Shown here piece by piece: positions 28,768 to 39,803 of a stretch of DNA of 64,000 nucleotides (its first letter is position 1; each line of letters begins with the position of its first letter). The stretch is taken from contig OZ244922.1 of assembly GCA_965221905.1 (NCBI GenBank), positions 256,001-320,000 of the forward strand, written 5' to 3'. The DNA is from Chloroflexota bacterium. GTDB taxonomy: Bacteria > Chloroflexota > UBA11872 > VXOZ01. The notes beneath the pieces were generated by a model. It was not told the DNA's origin. It made no database searches and worked only from the letters and a program-made list of their open reading frames with translations. A program made the translations under genes and the position numbers.

Positions 28768-29727
28768 CTACGGGTTTGAACCGGTATTTATCTCTGTGTC
28801 CTCGCGGTTGCCCCACTCCGCCCACGCGCCGTCGTAATTTTGGACGTTGTTGTAGCCCAGGAGCCGCGCCACGAAGTAAGCCACCGCTGAACGAACCGCG
28901 GTCTGGCAGTGGGCATAAACCACAGAGTCCTCTGTAATCCCGGCAGAATTGAAGAGCTCCGTGAGCTCCGCAGCGGACTTTAGGGTGCGCGCGTCTGTGC
29001 CGTTGAGGTAGATGACCCAATCCTGGTTGATGGCACCCGGAATGTGACCGCCGCGGTCGGCGCGCACGTCGCGCCCAGAATACTCGCCAGCAGAGCGGTT
29101 GTCCAAGATTACGGCATTGCTGTCTCCACTCTCGATTGCCGCGCGCACTTCTTCGATTGTGCCCACCAGGAACGGATCGAAGTCAGGCGTAAACGTGACG
29201 CTCGGGAACGAGGTCACGTCCGTCGTCAGCTCTCGTTCTTCCTGATTCCACTTGGCAAAGCCGCCGTTGAGCACCTTGGCATTCTTATTGCCGTAGAGCT
29301 CCAGCGCCCAGAAGATGCGGGTAGCCCCAAGGATATTGCCCCTGCCGTAGACCACAACTTCGGTATCATTGCCGATGCCAAAGCCGCCTACCAATTCCGC
29401 AAATTTGTCTGCCGGCAGGACCATGCCGCTTACTTCATGTTCGGCATCTCGGAAGCTGGAGGACGGAATGTTGATGGCATTGGGAACGTGACCTGCGGCG
29501 TAGTCGTCGGCAGAACGAATGTCAATGATGCGCAAGCCCTCTTTGCCCAGGTTGGCTTCCAACCAGTCGGACTCAACTAAGAGTTGTGGGTTGGCGTAGG
29601 CCAACGGCCCTTCTTGCGAGTCTTCCTGCTGTACCGTAACTTGACTGCAGGCGCTTGCCAGCAGCGCGCCCCCGGCAGTGAGGCCGGTAAGTTGTAGGAA
29701 CGTCCGGCGTGATAGTCCTTTTCGCAT
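28768..29727 (-). CDS. Tat-exported tandem-rhodanese sulfurtransferase lipoprotein
   Basis: SRRTFL, ASAC lipobox, GHVPNA, GHIPGA, active-site HCQTAVRS, YDGAWAEW. Confidence 0.9.
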   Translation of the reverse strand: MRKGLSRRTFLQLTGLTAGGALLASACSQVTVQQEDSQEGPLAYANPQLLVESDWLEANLGKEGLRIIDIRSADDYAAGHVPNAINIPSSSFRDAEHEVSGMVLPADKFAELVGGFGIGNDTEVVVYGRGNILGATRIFWALELYGNKNAKVLNGGFAKWNQEERELTTDVTSFPSVTFTPDFDPFLVGTIEEVRAAIESGDSNAVILDNRSAGEYSGRDVRADRGGHIPGAINQDWVIYLNGTDARTLKSAAELTELFNSAGITEDSVVYAHCQTAVRSAVAYFVARLLGYNNVQNYDGAWAEWGNREDTEINTGSNP

Positions 29728-29983
29728 TGGTGCATACCTCCTATGATGGCTTTGTCCATGGATAATAGCATAGACGATGTACAATAATGGCAATAGTAAC
29801 GTCACTCGTCGATTAAGTCAACTAAATTGATAGAGTTTAATGACTAAAATCACTCTAACACGGAAACTATAAGCCTGATTGCTTGGTAAAGACCGGACTC
29901 TGCGACTATGACGATTGCCAAGGCGACTCTCAGGTGGATAGGCGGCGAACCGATTATCCACCTGACCAGTGAAAGGAAGCACG

Positions 29984-30694
29984 TCAGCGCGGTTTGTCGG
30001 CGCGGATGGTGCCGGCGTTCTTGAGAGCTTCGCGCTTGGAGAGGGCGCTAAGGCGGTCGGCGTTGCGGGCCACGTAGTCTTCAACGGTTTGCAGATCGGT
30101 CCAGGCTAGGTCGCGCAGGGCCCAGCCGATGGCTTTGCGGATGAAGAAGTCGGGATCGGCCAGGTTGGGTTCGATGCAGTCGCAGAGCAGCGCCAGGTCG
30201 GTCGCCTCCTTGCGCTTCACCTGGCAGATGATGGACGAGCGGCGCTTCCACAGAACGGCGTCGCGGCTCCATGCCCGCATGTGGGCGGCCATCTCCTCCG
30301 GATAGCGGTCCACGAGCTCGCGGAGTTTGCGCGTGGCGACGTCGTCAACAAAGTCCCACCACGCGCCGCTGACGACCATCTCTTCATAGAGCGGCAGGGT
30401 GTCTAGTGTGCGAAAGGCGTGGAACTGCGTCTCTCCGGTAATATCCTGGGCGGCGTAACGTTCCTCGCGATAGGCGGCGTTACGCCAGAGCTCCAGGATG
30501 GCGGCGAGCCAATCGTCCCTGGAGGCAAGGGGGCGCGCACGCAGAGCGGCGCGGACGAGCTTGCGGCGGATAGGAGTCTGCACGCCGCGATAGGGCATCG
30601 CCGACTTCATGTACGCCCGCATGCCCGCGGCCTTTTCGGGGTTGGCATTGTCAGCCAGTGCTTGACGGATTGCAGTTATGAGTTCAATGCTCAT
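29984..30694 (-). CDS. DNA alkylation repair protein (AlkD-like)
   Basis: WWDFVD, WKRR, FFIRKAIGWALR, LSKREALK. Confidence 0.9.
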   Translation of the reverse strand: MSIELITAIRQALADNANPEKAAGMRAYMKSAMPYRGVQTPIRRKLVRAALRARPLASRDDWLAAILELWRNAAYREERYAAQDITGETQFHAFRTLDTLPLYEEMVVSGAWWDFVDDVATRKLRELVDRYPEEMAAHMRAWSRDAVLWKRRSSIICQVKRKEATDLALLCDCIEPNLADPDFFIRKAIGWALRDLAWTDLQTVEDYVARNADRLSALSKREALKNAGTIRADKPR

Positions 30695-31284
30695 GGCAAA
30701 GTTTTGGTTCGGTAAACGGCAGATTCGGACCCGAATTGGCGGCCGTCCGGCTTGAAGGAAATCTATCCAGGTTCCTTCAGCCTGCGAAAAAACTATACCA
30801 GACTAGGTCGCGAATAGGTGACTTCGATGGTCAATTTGCGCCTCAGCTTGATCCTCTGGCAGAGACCTTAGCTAAAGCACACGTTTTACGCGAGCTGCTC
30901 ATGTGACCCCGCCGGGCGGAGTATGCAGAATGCTGTCCCGCAAACCCAATGGCAGTGCGAATTCAAGCGGTGCTTCAATTAGATGGTAACCCTGCAATCG
31001 CTGCCGCCCCATGGTGAGGGGATGCATTTCAAGACTGTCGGTCGGCTTTGCTACGGAAAACCGAATGCATGCTAGAGTCGGCCATGCCGCAGGGCACGGG
31101 CGTATGGTTGAAACAGCAGAGTCTCTGGTACGTGTCTCATGATCCCGGGTTGCATCTGCAAAACCAAAATGTGGTGAGGTCCGGCAATACTTGGCTACTT
31201 GTCTATTTCTCTACATGAATACATTTTCTGGTATTATGCAATCGTAATGGAACAATGATGTTCAAAGAATAGGGTGGTGAATCC

Positions 31285-31761
31285 GTGCAATACGATTGCA
31301 AGGAGCAACTGACTGGTAGATTTATTGCGGCAGTTGACTACCTAAACCGTCAGATGCACACGTGCGGCCTTGACGACTGGGAAGGTCTGGACATGACCAT
31401 TCCCCAGATCAAGACGTTAGTCTTACTGGAGCGATCGGGTCCCTTGCGCATGGGCAACATCGCTGCTTTTCTGGACCGGGCGCTCTCCGCCACGACGACG
31501 GTCATAGACCGCTTGGTAGAAAAAGAGCTGGTTGATCGGGCCTGGGACCCAGGCGATCGAAGAGTCGTGATCTGCAGACTCACCGACAAAGGACAGCACG
31601 CGATGGAACGCTTCTGGAAGATTCGTCGGGAGCGACTGCAGTTGATGGCGGACATTTTGGAAGTGGAAGAGTTGGAAGTCGTGGTGCATGGCTTGGAAAT
31701 GATGCGCTCGGCGGATAAGAAGATTCAGAATTCATCCGCTTCAATTCAATCTGCAGGGTAA
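31285..31761 (+). CDS. MarR family transcriptional regulator
   Basis: TIPQIKTL, TTVIDRLVEKELVDR, DRR..LTDKG. Confidence 0.9.
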   Translation: MQYDCKEQLTGRFIAAVDYLNRQMHTCGLDDWEGLDMTIPQIKTLVLLERSGPLRMGNIAAFLDRALSATTTVIDRLVEKELVDRAWDPGDRRVVICRLTDKGQHAMERFWKIRRERLQLMADILEVEELEVVVHGLEMMRSADKKIQNSSASIQSAG

Positions 31762-32286
31762 GATTCACGTATCCGTCTCCTTCCGTCGTGCATAATAGGT
31801 GTCAACCCGTCTAATTGAGCCGCCAATGAAGCTTAGCCCTTAGCCACATGTGTCCGCGCGGAACGCGGGGCTTGACTACTGTGACGGACCTCTTGGCCGC
31901 AGCGCGCGTAGAGGTGGGCACACTTGAGCCCTGTCGCCGTTCTAAACGGGCAGACGAAGTGCCCCTGCCAGATCGCCGTGTCTCCTAAAGTGATCCACCT
32001 CGTTCTCACTCTGTATGCGGCGCAAGAAGGGCACAGAGAATAGCAAGCGCGCTGAACCGGGCAGGAGTTCTGCCACGCAGCCAACAGCCGCCTCCCCAGG
32101 CCTAGGTGTACATGTAGTCGCCGAGAGTATAGACTCGTTCCAATCATGGAAAGACTCTGAACGGTAGCCACTATAATGGTCGAATCGCCGCTGCGGTAGT
32201 GTATAATGCAATGAAAGCTGCGGTAAGCGTCTTCACTTATGAGCAGTGGGGCGCTGTTGCAGAGGGGGAGAAGGGGATAGGCACGC

Positions 32287-33459
32287 ATGGCAGCCACGGC
32301 AGACGCGCTAACGCCGCGCGAATACCGGCGTATACATCGGCTTCTGTTGCGCAGCCGGCGCACTGCCGGCAGAGAGCACGAGCCGATTCCAAAGCACTAC
32401 CTGCAGTTGCCCGCTGAGGAATTGGACCAACGCATCGATGCCGTGCGGCGAAAACTCGGCGAGCGCGTGCTCATCCTCGGGCACCACTACCAGCGTGACG
32501 AGGTCATCAAGTACGCCGACCTGCGCGGCGACTCTTTCAAGCTAGCCACTTTTGCTGCTAACCAGCGTGATTCCGAATACATCATCTTCTGCGGCGTGCA
32601 TTTCATGGCGGAAAGCGCCGATATTCTCACCGCCCCGCACCAGTCGGTGATATTGCCCAACCCTACGGCCGGTTGTTCCATGGCCGATATGGCCGATATC
32701 GACGATATCGTGGAGTGCTGGGAGCAACTTACCGAGGCGGTGGGTGAATCGATCGTGCCGGTTACGTATATGAACTCCACCGCGGTGCTCAAAGCTTTTT
32801 GCGGCGCGCACGGCGGCATTGTTTGCACCTCTTCCAACGCTGCCGCTGTTTACGAGTGGGCGATGGAGCGGGGCGAGAAGATACTCTTCTTCCCAGACCA
32901 GCATCTGGGTCGCAACACTGGTCTGAAGTTCGGTATTCCCCAGGATGAGATGGTGGTCTGGGACCCGGTGCAGCCTGTGCTGGGCGGCAACACAGAAGCG
33001 GACGTGCGCAAAGCCCAGGTGATCCTGTGGAAGGGCTGGTGCTCGGTGCACACGCGATTCACGGTTAAGCAGGTGGAGTTTGCCCGCAGGCAGCACCCGG
33101 ACGTAAACGTCATCGTCCATCCGGAGTGCCCCATGGAAGTGGTGCAGGCTGCCGACTACAACGGCTCCACGGAGTTTATTCTCAAGACCATTACTGAAGC
33201 GCCTGCAGGTTCGGTCTGGTCGGTCGGTACCGAAATCAACATGGTCAATCGCATGGCCGACGAAAATCCCGCTAAGAAGATCTTCAGCCTCGACCCCATT
33301 GTCTGCCCTTGCTCCACGATGTACCGCATTCACCCTGCCTATATCGCCTGGGTGATGGAAGACCTCCTGGAGGGCAAGGTCACGAACCAGGTGAGCGTTG
33401 ACTCCGATGTGGCGCACTGGGCGGTGGTTTCCCTCAATCGCATGCTCACCGTGCACTAG
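32287..33459 (+). CDS. nadA: Quinolinate synthase
   Basis: ILGHHYQ, FCGVHFMAE, GCSMAD, WCSVH, HPEC, CPCSTM. Confidence 0.96.
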   Translation: MAATADALTPREYRRIHRLLLRSRRTAGREHEPIPKHYLQLPAEELDQRIDAVRRKLGERVLILGHHYQRDEVIKYADLRGDSFKLATFAANQRDSEYIIFCGVHFMAESADILTAPHQSVILPNPTAGCSMADMADIDDIVECWEQLTEAVGESIVPVTYMNSTAVLKAFCGAHGGIVCTSSNAAAVYEWAMERGEKILFFPDQHLGRNTGLKFGIPQDEMVVWDPVQPVLGGNTEADVRKAQVILWKGWCSVHTRFTVKQVEFARRQHPDVNVIVHPECPMEVVQAADYNGSTEFILKTITEAPAGSVWSVGTEINMVNRMADENPAKKIFSLDPIVCPCSTMYRIHPAYIAWVMEDLLEGKVTNQVSVDSDVAHWAVVSLNRMLTVH

Positions 33460-33591
33460 AAGCTCTTCGAGAATCCTCGTACTCTTACATTAGATAAGCT
33501 TTGGCAGTCCCGCGTTTGTGCAGTATACTGACACGAGCGCGGGATGTTTTCGTGTTGCCTGCGCATACTTCTACCCTGGAGGATGATGCCC

Positions 33592-34374
33592 ATGCAACCG
33601 AATACGATTCGCGAGAAACTGAACGCCGGTGAGCCCACATTGGCGACGCACGTGCATACCACGTGGCCCGGGATGATCGAGGTCATCGGCTTGACCGGAA
33701 TCTATGACTACGTCGAATTCGTCGCCGAGTATGCGCCGTTCAACCTGCACGACCTGGAGAACTTCTGCCGGGCGGCGGAGTTGCATAACCTCTCGACCAT
33801 GATCAAGGTCGACCAAGCGCCCCGCAGCTTCCTGGCCCAGCGGGCAATCGGCGCCGGTTTTCAAAGCGTGCTCTTTGCCGACAGCCGCACCGTGGCGGAC
33901 GCCGAGGAGTGTGTACGCGCGGTGCGGGCGGATACGCCGGAGGCCCGCGGGATTCACGGGGTGGCCATGCGACGCGCCTGGTATATGTCGTACGGCGCCG
34001 GGCCGGATTACCCCCAAGCGCTGGATGACATCGTGGTGGCGCTCATGATCGAAAGGCAGTCCGCCGTGGACCATCTGGACGAGTTTCTGGCGGTCAAGGG
34101 CGTCGACATGGTGCAGTGGGGTCCCGCTGACTACGCCATGAACATCGGCCGGGCCGGTGAATTCCAGCACCCGGACGTGAAAGCCGCCGAGAAGAAGGTA
34201 TTCGAGACGTGCTTGGCGAAAGGTATTCCGCCCCGCGCCGAGATCAACTCTGTAGAGCAGGCCCAGCGATTTCTCGACATGGGCGTGCGCCACTTCTGTA
34301 TGGGCACCGACATCAACATCATCCATGACTGGCTGAAGGAACAAGGCGACACACTGCGCAATTTGCTGAGCTAG
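33592..34374 (+). CDS. HpcH/HpaI aldolase family protein
   Basis: YVEFVAEY, LMIE, GVDMVQWGPADY. Confidence 0.85.
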   Translation: MQPNTIREKLNAGEPTLATHVHTTWPGMIEVIGLTGIYDYVEFVAEYAPFNLHDLENFCRAAELHNLSTMIKVDQAPRSFLAQRAIGAGFQSVLFADSRTVADAEECVRAVRADTPEARGIHGVAMRRAWYMSYGAGPDYPQALDDIVVALMIERQSAVDHLDEFLAVKGVDMVQWGPADYAMNIGRAGEFQHPDVKAAEKKVFETCLAKGIPPRAEINSVEQAQRFLDMGVRHFCMGTDINIIHDWLKEQGDTLRNLLS

Positions 34375-34472
34375 GCCTGAGCACTCCATTGGCCCGTCGG
34401 CAGTCGCTGGCGCAGGGCCGGGTTGCATGCCGGGGACACAGCCTGGCTAACAGGTGAACTATTGTGGGACAG

Positions 34473-34499
34473 GTAGGACACGACATGCCGTGCCCCTAC
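34473..34499. repeat. GTAG-type REP (degenerate)
   Basis: gtaggacacgacatgccgtgcccctac. Confidence 0.65.
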
Positions 34500-34757
34500 G
34501 TCTGTTAAGTAAGGTAGCAGCACACAAGTTGACTGGCTCTCGATAAGTGTGTCGATACTGAGAATAATGACATCTCACGCTATTGCCAATACACTCTATT
34601 TAGGATAGGATTATTGGCAAGACCAGTATTTCATAGGAAAGGGGGGTGTTCACAAGCTCAGGTAGCAACGTAGTGTTGCCTATACTGAATGTGGTATACG
34701 TGCAGTCTCTAATTGAGGTGGTGTGGCGAAATACCGCACCGCAAGGGAGTGAGAAGC

Positions 34758-36143
34758 ATGAGTTTCCAGACGAGCAGACGTGCGTTTCTAGCCGGAACGG
34801 CCACGACTATCGGGGGAGTTGTCCTAGCAGCGTGCGGTCAGGTAGCGACGACGACCGAGATGATGGAAGAAAAACCGGCTGAGCCCAAGGAAGAGGCAAA
34901 GGCCGTCGAGGAGCCCGTAGCCGAGCAAGTGACCATCCAGTTCCTGTGGCCGCCCTATTCGCCGGCCAAGGAGCGCTGGCACGACCGCTTGGTCGACGCA
35001 TACATGGAGAAGAACCCCAATATAACTATCTCCACGATTCTCGATACGGCGCTCGACGATCGCATTGGCACGAATGCCGCTGCCGGAGGCGGCTTGCTAG
35101 ACGTGGCCTGGCACGGCTGGGGCTGGGCGCGCTGGGGAGAAACAGGTGTCTTCCTGCCGCTCGAGCCGTACGTCAAGGCGTCGAGTCTAGACCTGAACGA
35201 ATACTATAAGTCCGCCATCGACGGTGTCACCTGGAACGGCACGTTGCATGCGCTGCCCCTGGGCATTCTAACGCCGGTAATGGCGCTTAACCTCGATTCG
35301 CTCGCGGCGGCGGGCATTGAGGTGCCGTCCGACGACTGGACCTTCGATGACATGATTGATATTGGCGCCAAGCTCACCGATGCCGCCAACGGCAAATGGG
35401 GCGTGTCGACGCGCTTCTGGTATTGGTCAACCTGGTACGTCTCCTATGGTCGCGATCAGGGTTCCGTGAACAATGAGTGGCAGACAATGAGCTGGGACGC
35501 GCCGGTGCGCACCGAACTGATTAGGACGCGGGCAGACCTGTTCCACAAGCACCAAGTCGAAGCCTACGGCGACGATGCCAAAGAAGAAACGATCTTCGAT
35601 CACTTCAAGAACCAGAATGTTACCATCTACTCGGGCTACAACTGGCTGGTGCCCAGCTTCCGTACAGACGTGCAGTTCAATTGGACGTTGCATCCCATCC
35701 CGTTCATCGATTTCGAAGGTGAGCCGACGCGCAACGGCGCGCTCTACACCGAGGAGATCGCCTTGGTGGAAGGCAGCAAGGTGCTGGACGACGGGTGGGA
35801 CTTCGCCTCGTGGATCTGCGGTCCGGAGCAATTGGATACGGCCGCCCGTAACGGCGACACGACGCCGACGATCAAGTCAATTGCTGAGAGCGAAGCTTTC
35901 ATCAATCTGGACTTGCCGCCCGGTGAGAGAATCGTCGAGTACCTGCGGGCCATGGAAACCGCCATTCCGTTCTTGCTCCATCCCATCGGACGCGATCTCG
36001 CCACTCCCCTGTGGAAGAACGCCCAACAGGCGACGCAAGCCAATCCGACCTTGACGCCGGAGGAAGTTACGCGCACGGCCCAAGGAGAAGCCCAAGCTAT
36101 CTTGGACGAGTACAACGCGAGCAGGAAGGAAGCTGGGCGGTAG
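34758..36143 (+). CDS. Extracellular sugar-binding lipoprotein (ABC SBP family 1), Tat-exported, orphan
   Basis: SRRAFL, LAAC lipobox, WTFDD, GWDFASW. Confidence 0.88.
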   Translation: MSFQTSRRAFLAGTATTIGGVVLAACGQVATTTEMMEEKPAEPKEEAKAVEEPVAEQVTIQFLWPPYSPAKERWHDRLVDAYMEKNPNITISTILDTALDDRIGTNAAAGGGLLDVAWHGWGWARWGETGVFLPLEPYVKASSLDLNEYYKSAIDGVTWNGTLHALPLGILTPVMALNLDSLAAAGIEVPSDDWTFDDMIDIGAKLTDAANGKWGVSTRFWYWSTWYVSYGRDQGSVNNEWQTMSWDAPVRTELIRTRADLFHKHQVEAYGDDAKEETIFDHFKNQNVTIYSGYNWLVPSFRTDVQFNWTLHPIPFIDFEGEPTRNGALYTEEIALVEGSKVLDDGWDFASWICGPEQLDTAARNGDTTPTIKSIAESEAFINLDLPPGERIVEYLRAMETAIPFLLHPIGRDLATPLWKNAQQATQANPTLTPEEVTRTAQGEAQAILDEYNASRKEAGR

Positions 36144-36212
36144 GAGGTAGGTAAGCGGGGGTACGGCAGGACCGTGCCCTTGCTTGTATTGCTTTGGAAG
36201 TAGGTGCGAAGT

Positions 36213-37274
36213 ATGAGCACGTCCGGTGTAGCGCCTGACGATGCGGAAGCCATTCGCCAGGAACAGGTAGCGGAAATTGACCGCTACTACTCCGCCTTGG
36301 TTTACGCGGCGGCAGAAACGCGCGAACGCGCTTGGCAGCGCGACACGAGATCGCCTGCTGCCTATCGGCAATCGGTGACGCCTAACCGCCAACGGTTTCT
36401 TCAACTGTTGGGAGGCGTGCCGCGCGATGCGGTTCCTCTGGAGCCGCGATGGGAGGACCTGCCTGAGCATACGGGGATTACGTCGCGGCGCGTCTGGATT
36501 CCGGTGGATGAAGGCGTCCACGTTTACGGCGTGCTGCTCGTGCCGGCAGAACCAGAAGGCCCGAAACCGGCAGTGATCGCCCAGCATGGCTTCTCCGGTT
36601 CGCCGGAGGCGACGTGCGGCTACTACGAATTGGAAGATACCGCCTACCTGCGCTCTTTTGGTTTGCGCTTGGCTGAGAAAGGCTACGTGGTCTTTGCCCC
36701 GCTGGTCATGAACAATACGCCGGACCGGTCGCGAACCAACCGCAAGGCCGCGCTTATCGCGCAGCAGCTCTTGGGGCTGGAAGTGGGCAAGATGATGCGC
36801 GTGGTGGACTACCTACAGACCTTCCCGGATGTAGACAACAACCGCATCGGCTACATGGGCATTTCGCAGGGCGGCATGATGGCGCTCTGGGCAGCCGCCG
36901 CCGACGAGCGCATCGCGGCCTGCGTCTGCTCCGGCTACTTTACCAACCGCGCGCCGAAGATGATCGAGCCGTCCCCACACTATAGGTCTTTCATCGAGAC
37001 CGGCGATGACGATAAGTTCTTCTGGGGCCAGTTGAACGAGTTCTCCGATAGCGACATAGCTTCGCTCATTTGCCCGCGACCCTTCTTCGTGGAGGCGGGA
37101 ACGGAAGACCGCGTATTCTGGCTGGAACACGTGAAGGAGGAGTTTTCACAACTCCAATCAATCTATGCAGAGCTTGGAATTGAGGAACGAGTCGAGCTTG
37201 GGATCTTTGAAGGGCCGCACTTGATTCACGGTATTGAGTCTTTTGCCTTCTTGGATCGCTGGCTGCAAGGGTGA
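36213..37274 (+). CDS. Alpha/beta hydrolase (dienelactone hydrolase-like)
   Basis: AVIAQHG, nucleophile GISQGG, PRPFFVEAGTED, C-terminal GPH. Confidence 0.85.
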   Translation: MSTSGVAPDDAEAIRQEQVAEIDRYYSALVYAAAETRERAWQRDTRSPAAYRQSVTPNRQRFLQLLGGVPRDAVPLEPRWEDLPEHTGITSRRVWIPVDEGVHVYGVLLVPAEPEGPKPAVIAQHGFSGSPEATCGYYELEDTAYLRSFGLRLAEKGYVVFAPLVMNNTPDRSRTNRKAALIAQQLLGLEVGKMMRVVDYLQTFPDVDNNRIGYMGISQGGMMALWAAAADERIAACVCSGYFTNRAPKMIEPSPHYRSFIETGDDDKFFWGQLNEFSDSDIASLICPRPFFVEAGTEDRVFWLEHVKEEFSQLQSIYAELGIEERVELGIFEGPHLIHGIESFAFLDRWLQG

Positions 37275-37350
37275 CGGTAGCCTATCTCACGCGTAGTGCT
37301 TTAGGGAGCGTGGTTGCAACGATGCCTGCGAGCGATACTAACCGTGCGAC

Positions 37351-37547
37351 TTGAGCCCGTCGAAGGGCGAAGCCGAGGTTGGCAAGTCTCGGTGCGTGCA
37401 CAATCCCGTTCGTGCTGAGCCTGTCGAAGTACGAACGGAAGGGGAATGCTATGTGCAAAAATCCCAAACGTTCGCTCTTTCCCTGCCAAGACCCATTCTA
37501 AACATACCGAAGTTCGATACGGTGGTTCGGCAAGTTCACCACGAACG
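37351..37547. repeat. Family E repeats
   Basis: ttgagcccgtcgaaggg; cccgttcgtgctgagcctgtcgaagtacgaacgg; inverted variant at about 37513-37547. Confidence 0.75.
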
Positions 37548-37664
37548 GTTCAGACGGACTCTACAAATGTCCTCTTTGGAAGAGAATCGAAATGAGGATA
37601 TCGGAAACTCTTGGCCGGCAGCATTCCGCGACATTTCAGTGCAACTGACTTGAAGGACTAAGCC

Positions 37665-38495
37665 ATGACGGCCTCTGCCGAGACGCAGCACAAGGTACTC
37701 AGCGAAGAACAGGTCGCCTTCTATCAGCGGCATGGCTATCTGATTCTTGAAAACGTGCTGTCGGCGGCAGAGCTACAGGAATTACGGGCAGTGACGGAGG
37801 GATTGCGCGAGGAGCGCGCCCGCATCGCCGGCGACGACCGGATCGCCGCTATCATGGACTTTGCGCTGCTCGATGACGCCTTTATGCAAGCCGCGCACCA
37901 GCCGACAATGCTGGCCGCAGTCACGCAACTCATTGGCGAGAACTTGCGCTTGCAACACTGCAAGCTGAACTGGAAGCCCCCAACCAAGGGCACCGGGGAA
38001 GTGGACTGGCACCAGGACTTTCCCTTCTTGCCCCACACCAACTACGATCTGCTGGCGTGCATGATCCTCTTGGACGATTCCGTGCCGGAGAACGGCTGTA
38101 TGCGCGTGATTCCCGGCAGCCACCTGCGCGGCCCGGTCGACCATTTCGATGCAAATGGGATCTTTGCGAGAGTATGCACCGATCCTGCAGATTACGAAGA
38201 TGATCTAGCACGCGGCAACGTAGTCGACCTCATCGCGCCTGCCGGATCGATAACGATCCACCACTGCTGCATCGTCCACGCTTCGTATCCGAACAACAGT
38301 GATACTCCCCGGCGGGGCCTGATCTACCAAATCGCCGCCGGTGATAGCATCCAACTCGGCGGCCACCTGTATAAAGTCTGGCCGATTTGGCTCCAAGGCC
38401 AGGACCCATTGCGCGCCCGCATGGGCGACGGCACGGTGTTTCGTCTCAGCAGACCGCTGACCAACGCCGGCGGTCTCGAACCGAGCGAAGACTAG
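37665..38495 (+). CDS. PhyH family dioxygenase
   Basis: FYQRHGYL, WHQD, NGCMRVIPGSH, VHAS..N.S..PRR. Confidence 0.92.
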   Translation: MTASAETQHKVLSEEQVAFYQRHGYLILENVLSAAELQELRAVTEGLREERARIAGDDRIAAIMDFALLDDAFMQAAHQPTMLAAVTQLIGENLRLQHCKLNWKPPTKGTGEVDWHQDFPFLPHTNYDLLACMILLDDSVPENGCMRVIPGSHLRGPVDHFDANGIFARVCTDPADYEDDLARGNVVDLIAPAGSITIHHCCIVHASYPNNSDTPRRGLIYQIAAGDSIQLGGHLYKVWPIWLQGQDPLRARMGDGTVFRLSRPLTNAGGLEPSED

Positions 38496-38838
38496 GCCGA
38501 GTTATGGGTTTGCGGCATTCCGAGCGGAGCGAGGACTCTAGAACGTCTATCCTGCTTGTTCGCCAAATTGCGCAACGCAGAACGACAGCGAGAGCGTAGC
38601 GCGGGAGCTTGTGCCCCACTCGGGACCGTGTGCACGCGGTTTGGGACGGCTGAATTCCTGCCCCGAACCAAGAAAGAGATGCGCTCTGCGCGCAAGTGAC
38701 AGGCTAGGGTTCGGCCGATTTCCACTTTTTACACGAAAGAGCCAGAAGTCTACGTGATACAGTATCAACACAACCTAGCCAAGTAAGTGTATACGCGCCG
38801 AATGTACCTGCTATTAGGAATAGAGGAGCAGAAGACCC

Positions 38839-39690
38839 ATGGCGACGTCTCTCGCAACCCAGGAAAAAGTCCTTAGCGACGACCAGGTCGCCTTTTACCA
38901 GCGACATGGCTACCTCATCCTGAAGAACGTGCTGTCGGCGAGCGAGCTGCAGGAGTTGCAAGCTGCTTCGGGGCGGCTACGCGACGAACGCGCCCGCCTG
39001 GCCGGAGACGATCGCCTGGCCGTCATTCAAAACGTGGCGCTCTTCGATGACGCCTTCATGATGGCCGCGAAGCATCCGGTGATGCTGGGTGCGGTCACGC
39101 AGCTTATTGGCGAGAACCTGCGCCTGCAACACTGCAAGCTGAACTGGAAACCGCCGGCCAAGGGCAAAGGCGAGGTGGGCTGGCATCAGGACTTCCCTTT
39201 CTTCCCGCACACCAACTACGATCTGCTGGCGTGCATGTTCCTGCTGGATGATGCCGTGCCCGAGAACGGCTGTATGCGCATGATTCCCGGCAGCCACCTG
39301 CGCGGGCCTGCCGACCACTACGACGCTGACGGTAAGTTCACCGGTCGCTGCACCGATCCGCGCGAATACGAGAACGACGTGGCCCGAGAAAACATAGTGG
39401 ACTTGGTCGTTCCGGCCGGCTCCATGACCATCCACCACTGCTGCATGCTGCACGCCTCCTATCCAAACCATAGCGACACGCCGCGGCGGGGTCTGGTCTA
39501 CCAAATTGCCGCCGGTGACAGCATCCAACTCGGCGGCAACCTGCACAAAGTGTGGCCGATCTGGCTTCAGGGCGAAAACCCATTGCAGGCCCGCATCGGC
39601 AACCACACGGTGTACCGGCTCAGCCAGCAGATCACAAACGTCGGCGGCCTGGAACCCAGCGCGGACTGGCAGAAGGTAACGCAGGACTAG
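38839..39690 (+). CDS. PhyH family dioxygenase, tandem paralog of 37665-38495
   Basis: Same motifs; co-linear and highly similar. Confidence 0.92.
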   Translation: MATSLATQEKVLSDDQVAFYQRHGYLILKNVLSASELQELQAASGRLRDERARLAGDDRLAVIQNVALFDDAFMMAAKHPVMLGAVTQLIGENLRLQHCKLNWKPPAKGKGEVGWHQDFPFFPHTNYDLLACMFLLDDAVPENGCMRMIPGSHLRGPADHYDADGKFTGRCTDPREYENDVARENIVDLVVPAGSMTIHHCCMLHASYPNHSDTPRRGLVYQIAAGDSIQLGGNLHKVWPIWLQGENPLQARIGNHTVYRLSQQITNVGGLEPSADWQKVTQD

Positions 39691-39803
39691 ACTCGTGTTC
39701 CCAGTAGTGCTCCGTGCGTGCTTGCTGGGAACTGGAAAATTCTACTAAGGCTGGTACAGCACTTGGAAAGCCGCAAACGACGACCTCGCCGAGATGGGCC
39801 GCC

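Noticed and set aside
32218-32262. NAD riboswitch in the nadA leader
   Set aside because: Only a single G-U-rich hairpin; no match to the motif as I recall it
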